Shown piece after piece: positions 11,774 through 22,154 of a stretch of DNA of 64,000 nucleotides. Position numbers and translations under genes: made by a program. Each line of letters starts with the position of its first letter. Within the stretch, counting starts at the first letter, position 1. The notes under the pieces were generated by a model, which saw nothing but the letters and a program-made list of their open reading frames with translations, was not told the origin of the DNA and did not search any database. The stretch comes from a virus (Duplodnaviria; Heunggongvirae; Uroviricota; Caudoviricetes). Location of the stretch: IMG/VR virus record IMGVR_UViG_3300032245_000624; one strand, given 5' to 3'.

Positions 11774-12118
11774 TTAAAACCCCCAGATTATACTTGCGGT
11801 GTCAACGTAGCTTTTGGAAATTGCCGCGTTACCATCATAAGCATAGTAACTTGTGTTCAAATAAATGTTTCCGCCTGTCATGGTTATATTGCCTACCACA
11901 GTGGCACTGCCTGTTAAAGTAGCATTGCCAGTGTTTAGATTTGCTGTAGTGATATTTCCAATGATGCTGGCTGTGGTACTAACCAAATTACTACTGATCA
12001 AATTTGCTTCTACATTGATGTTACCAACAATCGCATAATCTGGATCTTGATATGCAAGGCCGCCCAGATCCGCATTAGTTGGGACTTGGTTGGGTAGATT
12101 TCCTATTAGGTTACTCAT
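11774..12118 (-). CDS. Small fibre-associated protein (114 aa)
   Basis: ORF rich in GN-I-T-x-N repeats, between two fibre genes. Confidence 0.45.
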   Translation of the reverse strand: MSNLIGNLPNQVPTNADLGGLAYQDPDYAIVGNINVEANLISSNLVSTTASIIGNITTANLNTGNATLTGSATVVGNITMTGGNIYLNTSYYAYDGNAAISKSYVDTASIIWGF

Positions 12119-12127
12119 TTTTTATCC

Positions 12128-15100
12128 TTACTGCCTTGACAGATTTTCAATTTCACTTGTGCTCACCACTGTTGGCCAATATTGTATTCTGCTAATAGTT
12201 CCGTTTAAGTAGTTAGCACCAGGACCAGAACCAATAACTAATCTTGTTACACCAGATGGAATGTTAGCTATGTTATCTGTTATTGCGGCATTGGCATTCA
12301 AACTAAATCCTAGATAATTTAAACTATAGAATGCAGAAACTCTGCCGCTGTCGCCTGTTGCTAGGTTACCAGGGTTACCAAGATTGGATTGGAATACGCC
12401 GCCGGTAATAACCTGCAGATTGGCCCCGCGTAACAAACTTGGTGCAGTTTTATTCTCAGCTACCAGCTGAACACGATTGTCAGCAGTGCCATCATCAAAG
12501 CTCACAATAACATTACGAGTGTTTTGTAACAATGCACTGTTTAGGCGATAACCAACTTCAGCATCTGCCAGGATGGTTCCTCTGGTGTTGTAAACTCCAT
12601 TAAAGTTACTACCAGTCATTGTTAGTATTTCATTGTCACGTGTTACTGTGCTAACAGTTGTTGGAATATAGCTAGTTGGGTGTGTACCTTGTTCTAACTG
12701 CATTCCATAAACAAACGCACCTTTTGCTCCATCTCCGGTATAGGTATAACTGCCGGCAGCGGCCAACGAAATTGTTACATTACCTGATGTATTGGTTTTG
12801 GTAACAGTACTTGAACAGCGATACCAGCTGTTGGCATAAAGCTCCATTGATGATTGATAGTTGGTTCCCGGGCTAGCAACATTGCCAGTGCCTAGGTCAA
12901 ATACGGATGCTGTGCCTTCTCCATCAAATACCATGGTGATCTGACTACGAGTTCCTGACTTGGCAAAAATACTAACAGTATATGATGAACCACTGGTTAT
13001 TGCAGTTGGTGTGGTCACTGCAAAACCATGCTGATTTAAGTTGCTGTCTTCTTGAATAAAATACACACCATTGTTGCTGCCTTCGGGACCACGAACAGTT
13101 GTGGTTGCTACTGTAGATCCAATTGGGCTCCATGCGGCATTGTCAAACGCACTGGAGTAGGTAAAAATATTAGTCCTGGATTCTTCAATTATCAATCCCA
13201 TTGGATTGCCATCGTAATCGTGTGTGAAGCGTGGCTGGTTAGCGGACATAACCACTAGGTTACCAGAACGATCAACACGAGTACCAATACTGTTTCTTGT
13301 AAAGGTCAATCGTGGATCTAACTTTTGCATGTATGCAAAATTAAAGTTAAGTTTTGTTTGACTGCGTGGTCGTAGTGCTGTGGTACCAAGTGTGGTAAAG
13401 TTTCCTGATGACGGAATTGCATTACCAACCGGAGTGTTATTCAAACTAGCCTGTTGAATTGTTGGAATGGTTAGTGTACCGTCAACAATCAATCCACCTT
13501 TGATGTATGTGTCTCCGCCAACGTTTAGATTCTTGGCAATACCTGCACCACCCCAAACACGCAATGCACCACTTGGTATGGTATTGAATGTGGTTGGTGA
13601 CAACGACTCAACGGTACTAGAAATGTTTGCGGCACTTAGAACGTTAAGGTTGCCCTGAATACCAATACCGCCACGGAGTTGTAATGCTCCAGAATATGCG
13701 TTAACACTGTTCACGCTGTTGTTGATTATCAACCAGCTGTTGGCATTTGTGCCGTAACCAACGTTGATGTTACCAGTTACACCAGCGCCACCAAGCACTT
13801 GCAACGCACCTGTTGTGGCACTGGTACTTTGTGCCCAGGTTGGATTGGTTACTGAACCAACTGCAATATTGCCAATGTTACTATAGGAAGCATTTAAGTT
13901 TGCGGTTGTGGTGGTGTAATCAACTTTTAGATTACCGCCCACGCCTGTTAAAGTTGTAGGATTACCCAGGTTACCATAGATGTTACCCACCACGTTTAGG
14001 GCATTGAACACAGTGGTATTACCGCTTAGGCTACCGATGTTAACAGTTTGTGCCGCTAAACCAATATTGAGTGTGGTTGTGGTTGTGGTAAACAGTGCAA
14101 TGCAGGCCTGTGTGCTTAGGAATTCATCGCTTTCAAATACCACATCACTCTTGATGTATGTACGTCCATTGGTTCCGCCAATGTTGGCATTGCCCATGGT
14201 AACATTACCAAGAACAACCATGGTTCCAGTGATATTTGCATTGCCCCCAATATTGGCAATACCACCAATATTGATGTTACCACCAATACCAGTCCCACCT
14301 ACAACTGTGAATGCTCCTGTTGTGGTGCTTGTACTTGGTGTTGTGCCAGAAATGTCTACGTTGGTAGCATGTAGATTACCATATACGTCTCCTGCAGTCA
14401 ACGAACCAGATCCTAGGTTTACCGCACCAGATCCGGTAATACTAATAGTGCTAGCAGACAATTGACCAACTGCAATATTACCTGCGGTTACGTTGCCTGT
14501 TACAGTTGCGTCCCCTGCTGTAACCAAATTGCCTGTGTTGGTAGTGCCAGTGGTACTTATGTTGCCAGCACTGGCATTTCCAGTAACACTCAGTGTAGTC
14601 AAAGTACCAACACTGATAATATTTGGTTGTGCAGTGGTTAGTAGTGTACCTTGAACATTTGTAAACACACCAGTTGCACCGCTGACGTTGCCTGCTGATA
14701 GGTTACCTGTTGCAGTGATATTGCCTGTGGAGTAAACATTGCCAGTTTTAACAATATTTGCAACCACTAGACTTGCGTCAATTTGAGTGCTGGCTAGATT
14801 GCCAGTGGCAATGTTACCTGTTACGTTCAAGTTGGCTGTTGTAGCAATGTTACCAGAAACATCTAAACTGGTCAGTGTACCAACACTGTTTATGTTTGGT
14901 TGTGCATTGGTTTTGAGTGTACCGGTAACTTCGGTAAATGTTGCACCACCAGATGCCAGTACCCAACTAACTCCAGTGATATTACCGGTCATGGTCAGAC
15001 CAACCAGTGTACCTACTGTGTTGATGTATGGCTGGTTGCCATCTAGTACCTGACCACGTACACCATTGGTAAAGTATCCTCGGCTGGCTTGAACATCTGC

Positions 15101-18100
15101 TGTGGTAGAAATATTAGCAGTGGAAATAATCTTGCCAACTTCCAGTTGTCCTGCAGTCTTCAGATTTCCTGCAGAAATGTTTCCTGTGAAAGATGCACTA
15201 GACGGTAGTGCTAGATCTGAGAATGAAGCGTACCCGCCAGTGATATTGCCAACAGTGAGTGTGTTGGTTACACTAGCATTTCCTGACATCAGTACGTTGC
15301 CGGTCAGTGTTGGGGCATCTGTATTTGCTTTGGTTAGTATTGCACTGTTTGCCGCAGTGATGTTAGCACGTAGATCATTGATTTCAGTGCTTTGTCCGGC
15401 TGCATTGCTTTGCAATCCGCTGATAGCTAAATTAGCCGCAGTTATATTGGCATTAACAGTGTCAATTGCTGTGGACTGAGTGGCTGCATTTGAAGTTAGT
15501 GTGCTGATTACAATATTAGCCGCAGTGATATTGGCACGTAGATTAGCAACTTCAACATTGGCCGCTGTGATGTTTCCACGCAGGTTATCAATTTCAACAT
15601 TGGCCGCTGTGATGTTTCCACGCAACCCACTGATTTCTGAAGACAGTATGCCAGCGTTGCCATACAAGTTTACAATGCTTGCATTGGCTGCTGAGACATT
15701 TGCATTGATTATGGTAATTGCGTTGGCATTGTTTACAATGGCCGCATTTGCCGCTGCCACGTTGGCATTGGTTTCAGCAAAGCTACCACCCTCTAGGCTT
15801 TCCAGCGCAGAGTTGGCTAAAAAGAATAAAGCCTCAATGTTGCCGGTGATTGCTGCCAGGTTGCTGGCCACTGCTACATTAGCTGATTCAAGTTGACGAC
15901 TACCGTCACCAAATATCAAAGCCTGGGCAACTGTAATGTTGCTATCAGTGCTGATACTTCCTTTGACTTTTAAACTGTTTGGAGTTAGCCAACCATTGTC
16001 ATTTTGGTTGTAAATTAAATTAGCGTAAGAACCAGCGTCACCAACAAACACACCTGCACCAGATGCCAGTGTGGCAGTTGAAGCATTGTTTGCAAGAATA
16101 ATGTTTTTCTCAGCTGTTACAATTTGTTCAGTGTTGACTGTGGTAGTGTTACCGCCCACATATAAATTACCAGTTACGTAGAAATTATCGCTGACAATAG
16201 CATTGCCAGTTACCGATAGTCTACCTGTAACGTTTAGATCGTTTAGTGTTCCAACGCTGGTGATGTTAGGTTGTGCCGCAGTAATAACTGTACCTTGCAC
16301 ATTTGTAAAGGTACCTTTGGTTCCACTTACATTGCCAGTGCTCACATTGCCAGTTACATTCAATGTGGCTAGAGTACCAATGGCGGTGATATTTGTTTGG
16401 CTAGCATCAAGCAATGCGCCGCGAATATTTGTAAACGTACCAGTGGATCCACTGACGTTGCCGGTGAATACATTTCCTGTTACTGCCAGTGTTGCCAGGG
16501 TGCCTACACTGGTGATGTTTGGTTGAGCACTGGTTTGTATTAGGCCAGTAATATTACCAATCACTGCATTAGTAGCTGTGAGTGTACCACGAACAGTGCT
16601 GTTACCGCTGGTAAGATTTCCTGTGACATTGGCCAGTGGTGCAACAATACTTCCCAACACATATGGCACAGTAATGTTTCCAGCAAACTGAGCAGTATTG
16701 GCAGTGATATTTTGAATCACTGTCACATAGTTAGCTGTGGTTAGGTTGGCATTGATTTTGGAACTGGTAAATGTAGCAGTTGGATTGCTGGCTACAAAGT
16801 TACCAGTGACTGTGAGATTGCCACCTACATTTAATTGTGTGAGTGTACCAACACTGGTGATGTTTGGTTGAGCCGCTGTGGCCAATGTTCCAATTAGGTC
16901 AGTGAATCGTCCAATTGGAGCAATCACATTTCCAGTAGTACTAACGTTTCCGGTTACTGCCAATCCCAATAAGTTACCAACACTGGTGATATTTGGCTGA
17001 CCAGATGTGCGAATGATACCATATACTTTTAATGCAACCGCAGTGTCGGCAGTTACGTTTCCGCTGACAGTGAGGTTACCCAATGTACCAACACTGGTGA
17101 TGTTTGGTTGTGCGCTGGTTTGTAAAGTTCCAAACACATTGGTAAAGCGTCCGTTTGTGGCCGCAACATTGCTAGCAGATACATTGCCAGACACTGTGAC
17201 ATTGCCAGCAGTCACGCTAGGTGCTGTGACTGTGCCAGTGAAGGTCGGGTTTGCAACAGGAGCTCTTAATGCAATAGCCGCATTGGCCGCTGTGACATTG
17301 GCATTGACCTGAGCAATAGCCGCATTGGCTGCTGTGACGTTGGCATTAACCGCAGCCAAACTACCAATGCCTACTGCATTGATAGCCGCATTTGCCGCCG
17401 CAATGTTTGCACGTAGGCCACTGATTTCAGTTTCTTGTGTGGCAGCATTGGCGTTGAGTGTGTTCAATGATACAGCCTGCGTAGCCGCATTTGACTGTAA
17501 TTGAGATAGGGTGATAGCCTGCGCCGAAGCGTTGGCTATCAGTGTGGCAACATTAGATGAGAGGGTGGATATAACTGCGTTGGCCGCAGTAATGTTGGCA
17601 CGTAAACTGGTAGTAGCAGATTCAAGACTTGAAACATTGCCTTGAAGAATTGTAATCTTGGCATTTGCCGCCGCAACGTTTGCATTAACTGAAGTTAAAC
17701 TAGCAGGGTTGAGGTTGGCAATGATTGCGTTGGCCGCTGTGATATTGGCACGTAAACTGTTTATCTGAGTCTGTTGTGATAACGCATTTGAAAACAGAGT
17801 TGATACATTGGCATTGAGTGCATTGATCGATGATGCCTGCACACCAGCATTGGCAATCAAGTTATTGATTTGAGTACCTTGTGTGCCTGCATTGCTTTGT
17901 AGCGCAGCCACATTGGATCCGATGCCACTTAGATCTGGACCACCACCTATTAAGGCATTTGCGGCCGCAATGTTTGCACGTAGGCCAGCAATTTCAATTG
18001 ACTGGCTAGCGGCATTGGACAATAGACCATTGACCTGTCCGTTAATGGTATTTGCAGAATATAGAACACTGTTGTCTGGGAAACGCAATGCTCCGGACAC

Positions 18101-18553
18101 TGTCAACACGCCGCCAATCACTGCATTCTGAGCGACAGATAATGAATTTGTGGTGGTTGCACCAGCAACAGCCAAGTTGGTTAGAGAAGCATAGCTGGTA
18201 CCATAAATTTGTACATTTTGTATGGTACCACCGGTAATATCAGGATTGTTTGGATCAAATGAAACTGCTAGTATCGCAGAGTCTGTATAGTCTCGATCCG
18301 CGGCAGAGTTTGCTGCCATTGCCTGGCGAATCAAAGTTATTTCACCTTCGCCTACCGCGCCTAGTACGTCTTGAACTGCAATCTCTACATTGCCAACTCG
18401 TCCTGCTACACTATAAACAGCGATATTAGCGGCCAGCACGTTGCCGCTGTAGATCTCAGTGAAATTCTGATTTGTTTTATCGAATGCTGTGCGTAGGTCA
18501 TCACCATTGCCTGCGCCCGCGTCTGTGCCGATGTTAATTATTTGCTGAGACAT
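12128..18553 (-). CDS. Giant tail fibre protein (2141 aa) with tandem about 33 aa repeats and coiled-coil heptad arrays
   Basis: Nine copies of AQPNITSVGTLxxLxVTGN. Long runs of LRANITAANAxI. N-terminus GDDLRTAFDKTNQNFTEI. Confidence 0.75.
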   Translation of the reverse strand: MSQQIINIGTDAGAGNGDDLRTAFDKTNQNFTEIYSGNVLAANIAVYSVAGRVGNVEIAVQDVLGAVGEGEITLIRQAMAANSAADRDYTDSAILAVSFDPNNPDITGGTIQNVQIYGTSYASLTNLAVAGATTTNSLSVAQNAVIGGVLTVSGALRFPDNSVLYSANTINGQVNGLLSNAASQSIEIAGLRANIAAANALIGGGPDLSGIGSNVAALQSNAGTQGTQINNLIANAGVQASSINALNANVSTLFSNALSQQTQINSLRANITAANAIIANLNPASLTSVNANVAAANAKITILQGNVSSLESATTSLRANITAANAVISTLSSNVATLIANASAQAITLSQLQSNAATQAVSLNTLNANAATQETEISGLRANIAAANAAINAVGIGSLAAVNANVTAANAAIAQVNANVTAANAAIALRAPVANPTFTGTVTAPSVTAGNVTVSGNVSASNVAATNGRFTNVFGTLQTSAQPNITSVGTLGNLTVSGNVTADTAVALKVYGIIRTSGQPNITSVGNLLGLAVTGNVSTTGNVIAPIGRFTDLIGTLATAAQPNITSVGTLTQLNVGGNLTVTGNFVASNPTATFTSSKINANLTTANYVTVIQNITANTAQFAGNITVPYVLGSIVAPLANVTGNLTSGNSTVRGTLTATNAVIGNITGLIQTSAQPNITSVGTLATLAVTGNVFTGNVSGSTGTFTNIRGALLDASQTNITAIGTLATLNVTGNVSTGNVSGTKGTFTNVQGTVITAAQPNITSVGTLNDLNVTGRLSVTGNAIVSDNFYVTGNLYVGGNTTTVNTEQIVTAEKNIILANNASTATLASGAGVFVGDAGSYANLIYNQNDNGWLTPNSLKVKGSISTDSNITVAQALIFGDGSRQLESANVAVASNLAAITGNIEALFFLANSALESLEGGSFAETNANVAAANAAIVNNANAITIINANVSAANASIVNLYGNAGILSSEISGLRGNITAANVEIDNLRGNITAANVEVANLRANITAANIVISTLTSNAATQSTAIDTVNANITAANLAISGLQSNAAGQSTEINDLRANITAANSAILTKANTDAPTLTGNVLMSGNASVTNTLTVGNITGGYASFSDLALPSSASFTGNISAGNLKTAGQLEVGKIISTANISTTADVQASRGYFTNGVRGQVLDGNQPYINTVGTLVGLTMTGNITGVSWVLASGGATFTEVTGTLKTNAQPNINSVGTLTSLDVSGNIATTANLNVTGNIATGNLASTQIDASLVVANIVKTGNVYSTGNITATGNLSAGNVSGATGVFTNVQGTLLTTAQPNIISVGTLTTLSVTGNASAGNISTTGTTNTGNLVTAGDATVTGNVTAGNIAVGQLSASTISITGSGAVNLGSGSLTAGDVYGNLHATNVDISGTTPSTSTTTGAFTVVGGTGIGGNINIGGIANIGGNANITGTMVVLGNVTMGNANIGGTNGRTYIKSDVVFESDEFLSTQACIALFTTTTTTLNIGLAAQTVNIGSLSGNTTVFNALNVVGNIYGNLGNPTTLTGVGGNLKVDYTTTTANLNASYSNIGNIAVGSVTNPTWAQSTSATTGALQVLGGAGVTGNINVGYGTNANSWLIINNSVNSVNAYSGALQLRGGIGIQGNLNVLSAANISSTVESLSPTTFNTIPSGALRVWGGAGIAKNLNVGGDTYIKGGLIVDGTLTIPTIQQASLNNTPVGNAIPSSGNFTTLGTTALRPRSQTKLNFNFAYMQKLDPRLTFTRNSIGTRVDRSGNLVVMSANQPRFTHDYDGNPMGLIIEESRTNIFTYSSAFDNAAWSPIGSTVATTTVRGPEGSNNGVYFIQEDSNLNQHGFAVTTPTAITSGSSYTVSIFAKSGTRSQITMVFDGEGTASVFDLGTGNVASPGTNYQSSMELYANSWYRCSSTVTKTNTSGNVTISLAAAGSYTYTGDGAKGAFVYGMQLEQGTHPTSYIPTTVSTVTRDNEILTMTGSNFNGVYNTRGTILADAEVGYRLNSALLQNTRNVIVSFDDGTADNRVQLVAENKTAPSLLRGANLQVITGGVFQSNLGNPGNLATGDSGRVSAFYSLNYLGFSLNANAAITDNIANIPSGVTRLVIGSGPGANYLNGTISRIQYWPTVVSTSEIENLSRQ
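15560..15640 (-). repeat. Near-exact tandem DNA repeats inside the giant fibre gene (aacattggccgctgtgatgtttccacgca occurs twice). Many more degenerate repeats lie at 13.4-17.9 kb
   Basis: Direct repeat seen in the sequence. It corresponds to the coiled-coil ANITAANA protein repeats. Confidence 0.6.
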
Positions 18554-18631
18554 TATCCACCCTCATATTTGATATTTATGCGGACTGGATCATTAGCGAG
18601 TTTTGGATTTTTAATGTATGTAGTTAACGAG

Positions 18632-19189
18632 TCAACGTCCGGAGTAGATTCGACGATTTACGACTTCCCAATCAATGATTTTCCAGTGATTTTTGAGATA
18701 AGATTGCTTGTTCCATTTGTAGTCTAGTGCCCAGGCATGCTCCCACCAATCAATCAACAATGCAATGTCTTTTTTGATTGCGTGATTCTTGATTGTTTTG
18801 ATATCCCCTGATCGAGACAGATAAGCCCAACCTGAGCCCTGGATCTTCATGGCTTCTTCTTCAAATGCTTGCTGAAAATTTATATACGAACCAAACTTGC
18901 GATTGATCAAGTCTAAACTGGCACCATGCGGTGTATTTCCGCCAGCTGGTTTTTGTAATTGTGTGAAGTATATGTTATGCAAAAAAGCACCTGCTTCGTT
19001 GAAGTCGGGGTCGCCTTCGCCTGAATTAAAACGCTCTACATAGGTTTTATAAAGATGTCCGTAGTGATAGTCTACAGCATCTTTACTCAAACTAGGGGAC
19101 AGATCATCACGAGCATAGGGCAGTTTGGCCTGCTCAAGATTGTTTTTTGCTTTGCTTTCTACTAGATCAACTAGCTGTCGGAATTCCAT
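18632..19189 (-). CDS. Fe/Mn superoxide dismutase
   Basis: Motifs AVDYHYGHLYKTYV and DWWEHAWALDYK, and a length of about 185 aa, match Fe/Mn SODs. Confidence 0.85.
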   Translation of the reverse strand: MEFRQLVDLVESKAKNNLEQAKLPYARDDLSPSLSKDAVDYHYGHLYKTYVERFNSGEGDPDFNEAGAFLHNIYFTQLQKPAGGNTPHGASLDLINRKFGSYINFQQAFEEEAMKIQGSGWAYLSRSGDIKTIKNHAIKKDIALLIDWWEHAWALDYKWNKQSYLKNHWKIIDWEVVNRRIYSGR

Positions 19190-19193
19190 ACAG

Positions 19194-19415
19194 CTATTTA
19201 TTACGATATGTAATTCTGCCGCGGCTTAGATCATATGGGCTCATTTCCAACTCAACTGAGTCGCCCAACAAAACTTTGATGTTGTTCTGGCGCAGTTTGC
19301 CACCTAGATATGCTATTATTTTGTGCTCTGTTTCGTCGAGCACCACACGAAATGTGGCATTGGGTAGAACTTCTTCCACAACACCTTTCATTGTAATAAA
19401 ACCTTCTTTAGCCAC
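19194..19415 (-). CDS. infA: Translation initiation factor IF-1 homologue
   Basis: 73 aa. [28 protein letters not shown]...[21 protein letters not shown] aligns along its whole length with bacterial IF-1 (S1/OB fold). Confidence 0.85.
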   Translation of the reverse strand: MAKEGFITMKGVVEEVLPNATFRVVLDETEHKIIAYLGGKLRQNNIKVLLGDSVELEMSPYDLSRGRITYRNK

Positions 19416-19444
19416 AGTGGCATTTGTCCTTAAAAGTTATCCGT

Positions 19445-19825
19445 TTATCCACGGCGCATTTTACTTATGTCTTCAGCTTCTTGATTGCTGAACACAGGCA
19501 CCATGTTTGACTTGTGCATGGTGGCAATACCAACAATCTTGTCGCCGGTATAGACTTTGGGTGCAGACTTAGTGGCATTGCCTAGTCCACTGTCGCGACT
19601 GGGTATGTTGCGACTATTACGGTCTGCAGGAATGGATAATTGATAATCTAGCTTTTGCTTTCGAGGTGCAGGTGCAACTTTAGAAGGTCCGTACTTGGAC
19701 ATTAGAGCTTTCCAGCTTTCATCTAGCTCACGTGCTTTGGCCGCATGAGCTGCCGATGCAAACTTCTTCTTACCACGCTTTTTGCCAGTCAGACTTAAAC
19801 TAGGGTGTGCCAGGTGCATTGTCAT
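19445..19825 (-). CDS. Hypothetical basic protein (126 aa)
   Basis: ORF in the gene chain with a Lys/Arg-rich N-terminus. Confidence 0.45.
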   Translation of the reverse strand: MTMHLAHPSLSLTGKKRGKKKFASAAHAAKARELDESWKALMSKYGPSKVAPAPRKQKLDYQLSIPADRNSRNIPSRDSGLGNATKSAPKVYTGDKIVGIATMHKSNMVPVFSNQEAEDISKMRRG

Positions 19826-20019
19826 TGCTTGGGTCCTTTATGCCATTCATCTCGTGCTAGTTTAGCTTCTTCTATGATTTTTGTCAAGATCTTATAAAAG
19901 GGTATGAACAGCCAACCAACCAAAAACCCACACACAAACCAATCAAATTTAGACCATTCCATTAGTGCATACCTTGTTCTTCGTTGTAGATCATCCAGCG
20001 ACCTTCTTCGTGATTCCAA
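19822..20019 (-). CDS. Hypothetical small membrane protein (65 aa)
   Basis: ATGA-type overlap with its neighbour. One predicted TM helix (FVCGFLVGWLFIPFY). Confidence 0.4.
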   Translation of the reverse strand: MESRRRSLDDLQRRTRYALMEWSKFDWFVCGFLVGWLFIPFYKILTKIIEEAKLARDEWHKGPKQ

Positions 20020-20255
20020 TGACGATTGTCATAGATCTGCAAGGATACACTGTAACCAAATAATGCCAGCTCTAGATTAAGTCCAGCATGGCTCTGTCTT
20101 GTGGTGAATCTAAATTCAAAACCAATCAATTGACGAGTTTGTAGCAGTTCAACTTCCCAATGCTTGTGCTTGAATGGTGTATCGCCTGCCCGGTTCCATA
20201 GATTGGCAAACGGGCGGCCCCAGGGATTGCTCAACCCAAAGCTGATGTGAATCAT
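19962..20255 (-). CDS. Hypothetical protein (97 aa)
   Basis: ORF in the chain. The true start may be internal because it overlaps the downstream gene. Confidence 0.35.
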   Translation of the reverse strand: MIHISFGLSNPWGRPFANLWNRAGDTPFKHKHWEVELLQTRQLIGFEFRFTTRQSHAGLNLELALFGYSVSLQIYDNRHWNHEEGRWMIYNEEQGMH

Positions 20256-20656
20256 ATGCAGTCTTGTGTATCGTTGGCCAGCTTGCTAGCCACTTTGTTT
20301 GTCTTTGCAATGGTACGCTTGTTGCGAAATGCTTGTACATCCTTGCTGGCACTTTTCAGTACTTCGGAATAGTTGAGTGCGGTCTGTGGAGTCATGATGA
20401 TGGAGGCTTCATATTTGACATAGCCTTTTGTAAGTAGTCCCCAAATGACTTGCCATCGGTTTTTGCTCCACCAATTGGTTTTTTGTGTGGTGTATGTGGT
20501 GACTGTGATCCCTGTTTCATCTGCTTCGATGCAGACGTCGTGGGCGCAATCGGAGTTACAGCAGTCACACGGGACCGTATAGAATCGGGCATCTCCAAAA
20601 TCCTTGTGCAATAGAATCCCTTCAGCGGGCGTTTGAGCTTGTAATTTTGTTTGCAA
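20252..20656 (-). CDS. Hypothetical Cys-rich protein (134 aa)
   Basis: CDCCNSDCAHDVC cluster. Coupled to its neighbours. Confidence 0.45.
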   Translation of the reverse strand: MQTKLQAQTPAEGILLHKDFGDARFYTVPCDCCNSDCAHDVCIEADETGITVTTYTTQKTNWWSKNRWQVIWGLLTKGYVKYEASIIMTPQTALNYSEVLKSASKDVQAFRNKRTIAKTNKVASKLANDTQDCI

Positions 20657-20969
20657 GTTTAACCTCTATGTTTCCTTGAATTCCAGAAAATATGTTGTCT
20701 TTGAGTACAAACACTTTCTCTGGGAATCTTTCGATTATGCGTTTTTTAACTTCTTCTTCTGTAACACCCTGCCCTAGAAATTCATTGTTTTCTTTGTCAA
20801 ATGCAAGTATGGTTCCGGAGTCCAAAGATTCCAGTGCAACCACACGTATCATTTTGTCAGCATGTTCACGTAGCTTTTGTACGTTTTGGGTGTGTTCTTG
20901 CGCTCGCAAAAATATCCGTAGCATGAAAAACAAAGCCCACACAATTCCAATAACTGCAAATATGTCCAT
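20622..20969 (-). CDS. Hypothetical membrane-anchored protein (115 aa)
   Basis: N-terminal TM helix. Preceded by a consensus promoter at 20999-21027. Confidence 0.5.
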   Translation of the reverse strand: MDIFAVIGIVWALFFMLRIFLRAQEHTQNVQKLREHADKMIRVVALESLDSGTILAFDKENNEFLGQGVTEEEVKKRIIERFPEKVFVLKDNIFSGIQGNIEVKLANKITSSNAR

Positions 20970-20998
20970 TTTTATAATCTCTGGTTGTTACAGTAGTT

Positions 20999-21027
20999 AT
21001 TATATTACGGAAAAAACTTATAGTCAA
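20999..21027 (-). promoter_or_regulatory. Sigma70-type promoter TTGACT-17-TATAAT (minus sense)
   Basis: Plus agtcaa at 21022-21027 and attata at 20999-21004, with a 17 nt spacer. Confidence 0.55.
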
Positions 21028-21037
21028 CCGGCTCTAA

Positions 21038-21880
21038 TTAGGTCCAAAGCCCGTGACGCACTTTGATCAACCGAATCATCATGGCTTCGTCTTCTTTTTC
21101 AAAACCACGTTCCATGCTGTTGATCATTTTGTGAGCCTTGTCCATACGTTTACGCATGGAAGGATTTCTGTTGCCCAGCATGCCTATGCTTAGTTTGCCA
21201 CCAGCGGCCGCACGTTCTTCTTCGCAGAGCGCACTCCAACCCGAAACTTCGTAAGGGTCTGGACGATTTGGATAGATCTGAGTCCACCAGTTGTACAGGT
21301 CCAGAATTTCTTGTGCTTTTACTGCCTGTGGTGTTGGATCGTCGGCACGTTCTGGGTCAGTGCTCCAGCCTTCGTCACCTACTTTGAGACGACGTTGCCA
21401 TTCCAAGCTGTCCAGGCCTGCTTCTGCACAACGCCAGGTACGCCAACGGAACCATCCTTTAGCCCAGAACGGTGCGTTATACTTTGCAGTTTCTTCTTTG
21501 TCGCTCCAGGCAATGTGATGCCAGGCCAGTTCAATTTCCACAAAGTCTACCAGTTCATTGAACAAACATGGGAGAAAGCGATTACCAACGTCCATCCAAG
21601 TGCCAGGCTTGATATCACGAGGATGAGCAGTAAGCGCATGGGTGCGAGTGACCCAGCGATTATTAACATAGTACTTGATGGCATAGAGTTTGTCCACAGG
21701 CCAGTGAATAAAGTTTTGCAGTGCATCCAGTGCTTCTTCTGCAATCCAGTAGCGGATAGGATGTGCTCGTTGTGCTTCGTCGTTCCAGTCATTCCAACCT
21801 TGTGACGTGGCCGCAGACGGCTTGGCCATGCCTCGAACCCACTCAGCAAATTTTGTGTTACTCCAATAGAATGATCTCAT
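21038..21880 (-). CDS. Hypothetical Trp-rich protein (280 aa)
   Basis: Long ORF in the chain. Confidence 0.55.
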   Translation of the reverse strand: MRSFYWSNTKFAEWVRGMAKPSAATSQGWNDWNDEAQRAHPIRYWIAEEALDALQNFIHWPVDKLYAIKYYVNNRWVTRTHALTAHPRDIKPGTWMDVGNRFLPCLFNELVDFVEIELAWHHIAWSDKEETAKYNAPFWAKGWFRWRTWRCAEAGLDSLEWQRRLKVGDEGWSTDPERADDPTPQAVKAQEILDLYNWWTQIYPNRPDPYEVSGWSALCEEERAAAGGKLSIGMLGNRNPSMRKRMDKAHKMINSMERGFEKEDEAMMIRLIKVRHGLWT

Positions 21881-21881
21881 G

Positions 21882-22154
21882 TTAGTTATACTTCATCAAA
21901 AAATATGTTCGGGCGACTTCTGTGTAGAAATCAATGTGGATCACTGTTTCACCCCAATGGCCGCCATCCATTTTTGGAACCCATGGGCGATGCTCACGCG
22001 GCAGAAATCCCAGTTCGTCACGCATCTTGCTTCGTAGCATGACCATACTGGGTCCATGCTCTGCTCGAATCTGTTCGCGGATCTTGTTCCATTCTGCGTG
22101 AGTTAATTCCCAGTGTTTGATTGGATTTTCCATACTAGCACCATTTGAGTACAA
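21882..22154 (-). CDS. Small protein, distant member of the F-x-LKW paralogue family (ends ARTYFLMKYN)
   Basis: C-terminal similarity to the downstream paralogue array. Confidence 0.5.
   Translation of the reverse strand: MYSNGASMENPIKHWELTHAEWNKIREQIRAEHGPSMVMLRSKMRDELGFLPREHRPWVPKMDGGHWGETVIHIDFYTEVARTYFLMKYN

Noticed and set aside
13980-15896. Long plus-strand ORFs (13980..14465, 15102..15479, 15480..15896, 16203..16526, 17007..17312) inside the giant fibre gene
   Set aside because: They lie antisense to a continuous 2141 aa minus-strand ORF. They are Ala/Leu/Pro/Val-rich shadow frames of a repetitive gene, with no RBS or promoter context.
20149-20598. ORFs 20149..20352 and 20392..20598 (minus)
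   Set aside because: They lie inside and out of frame with the Cys-rich gene 20252..20656, so they are frame shadows.
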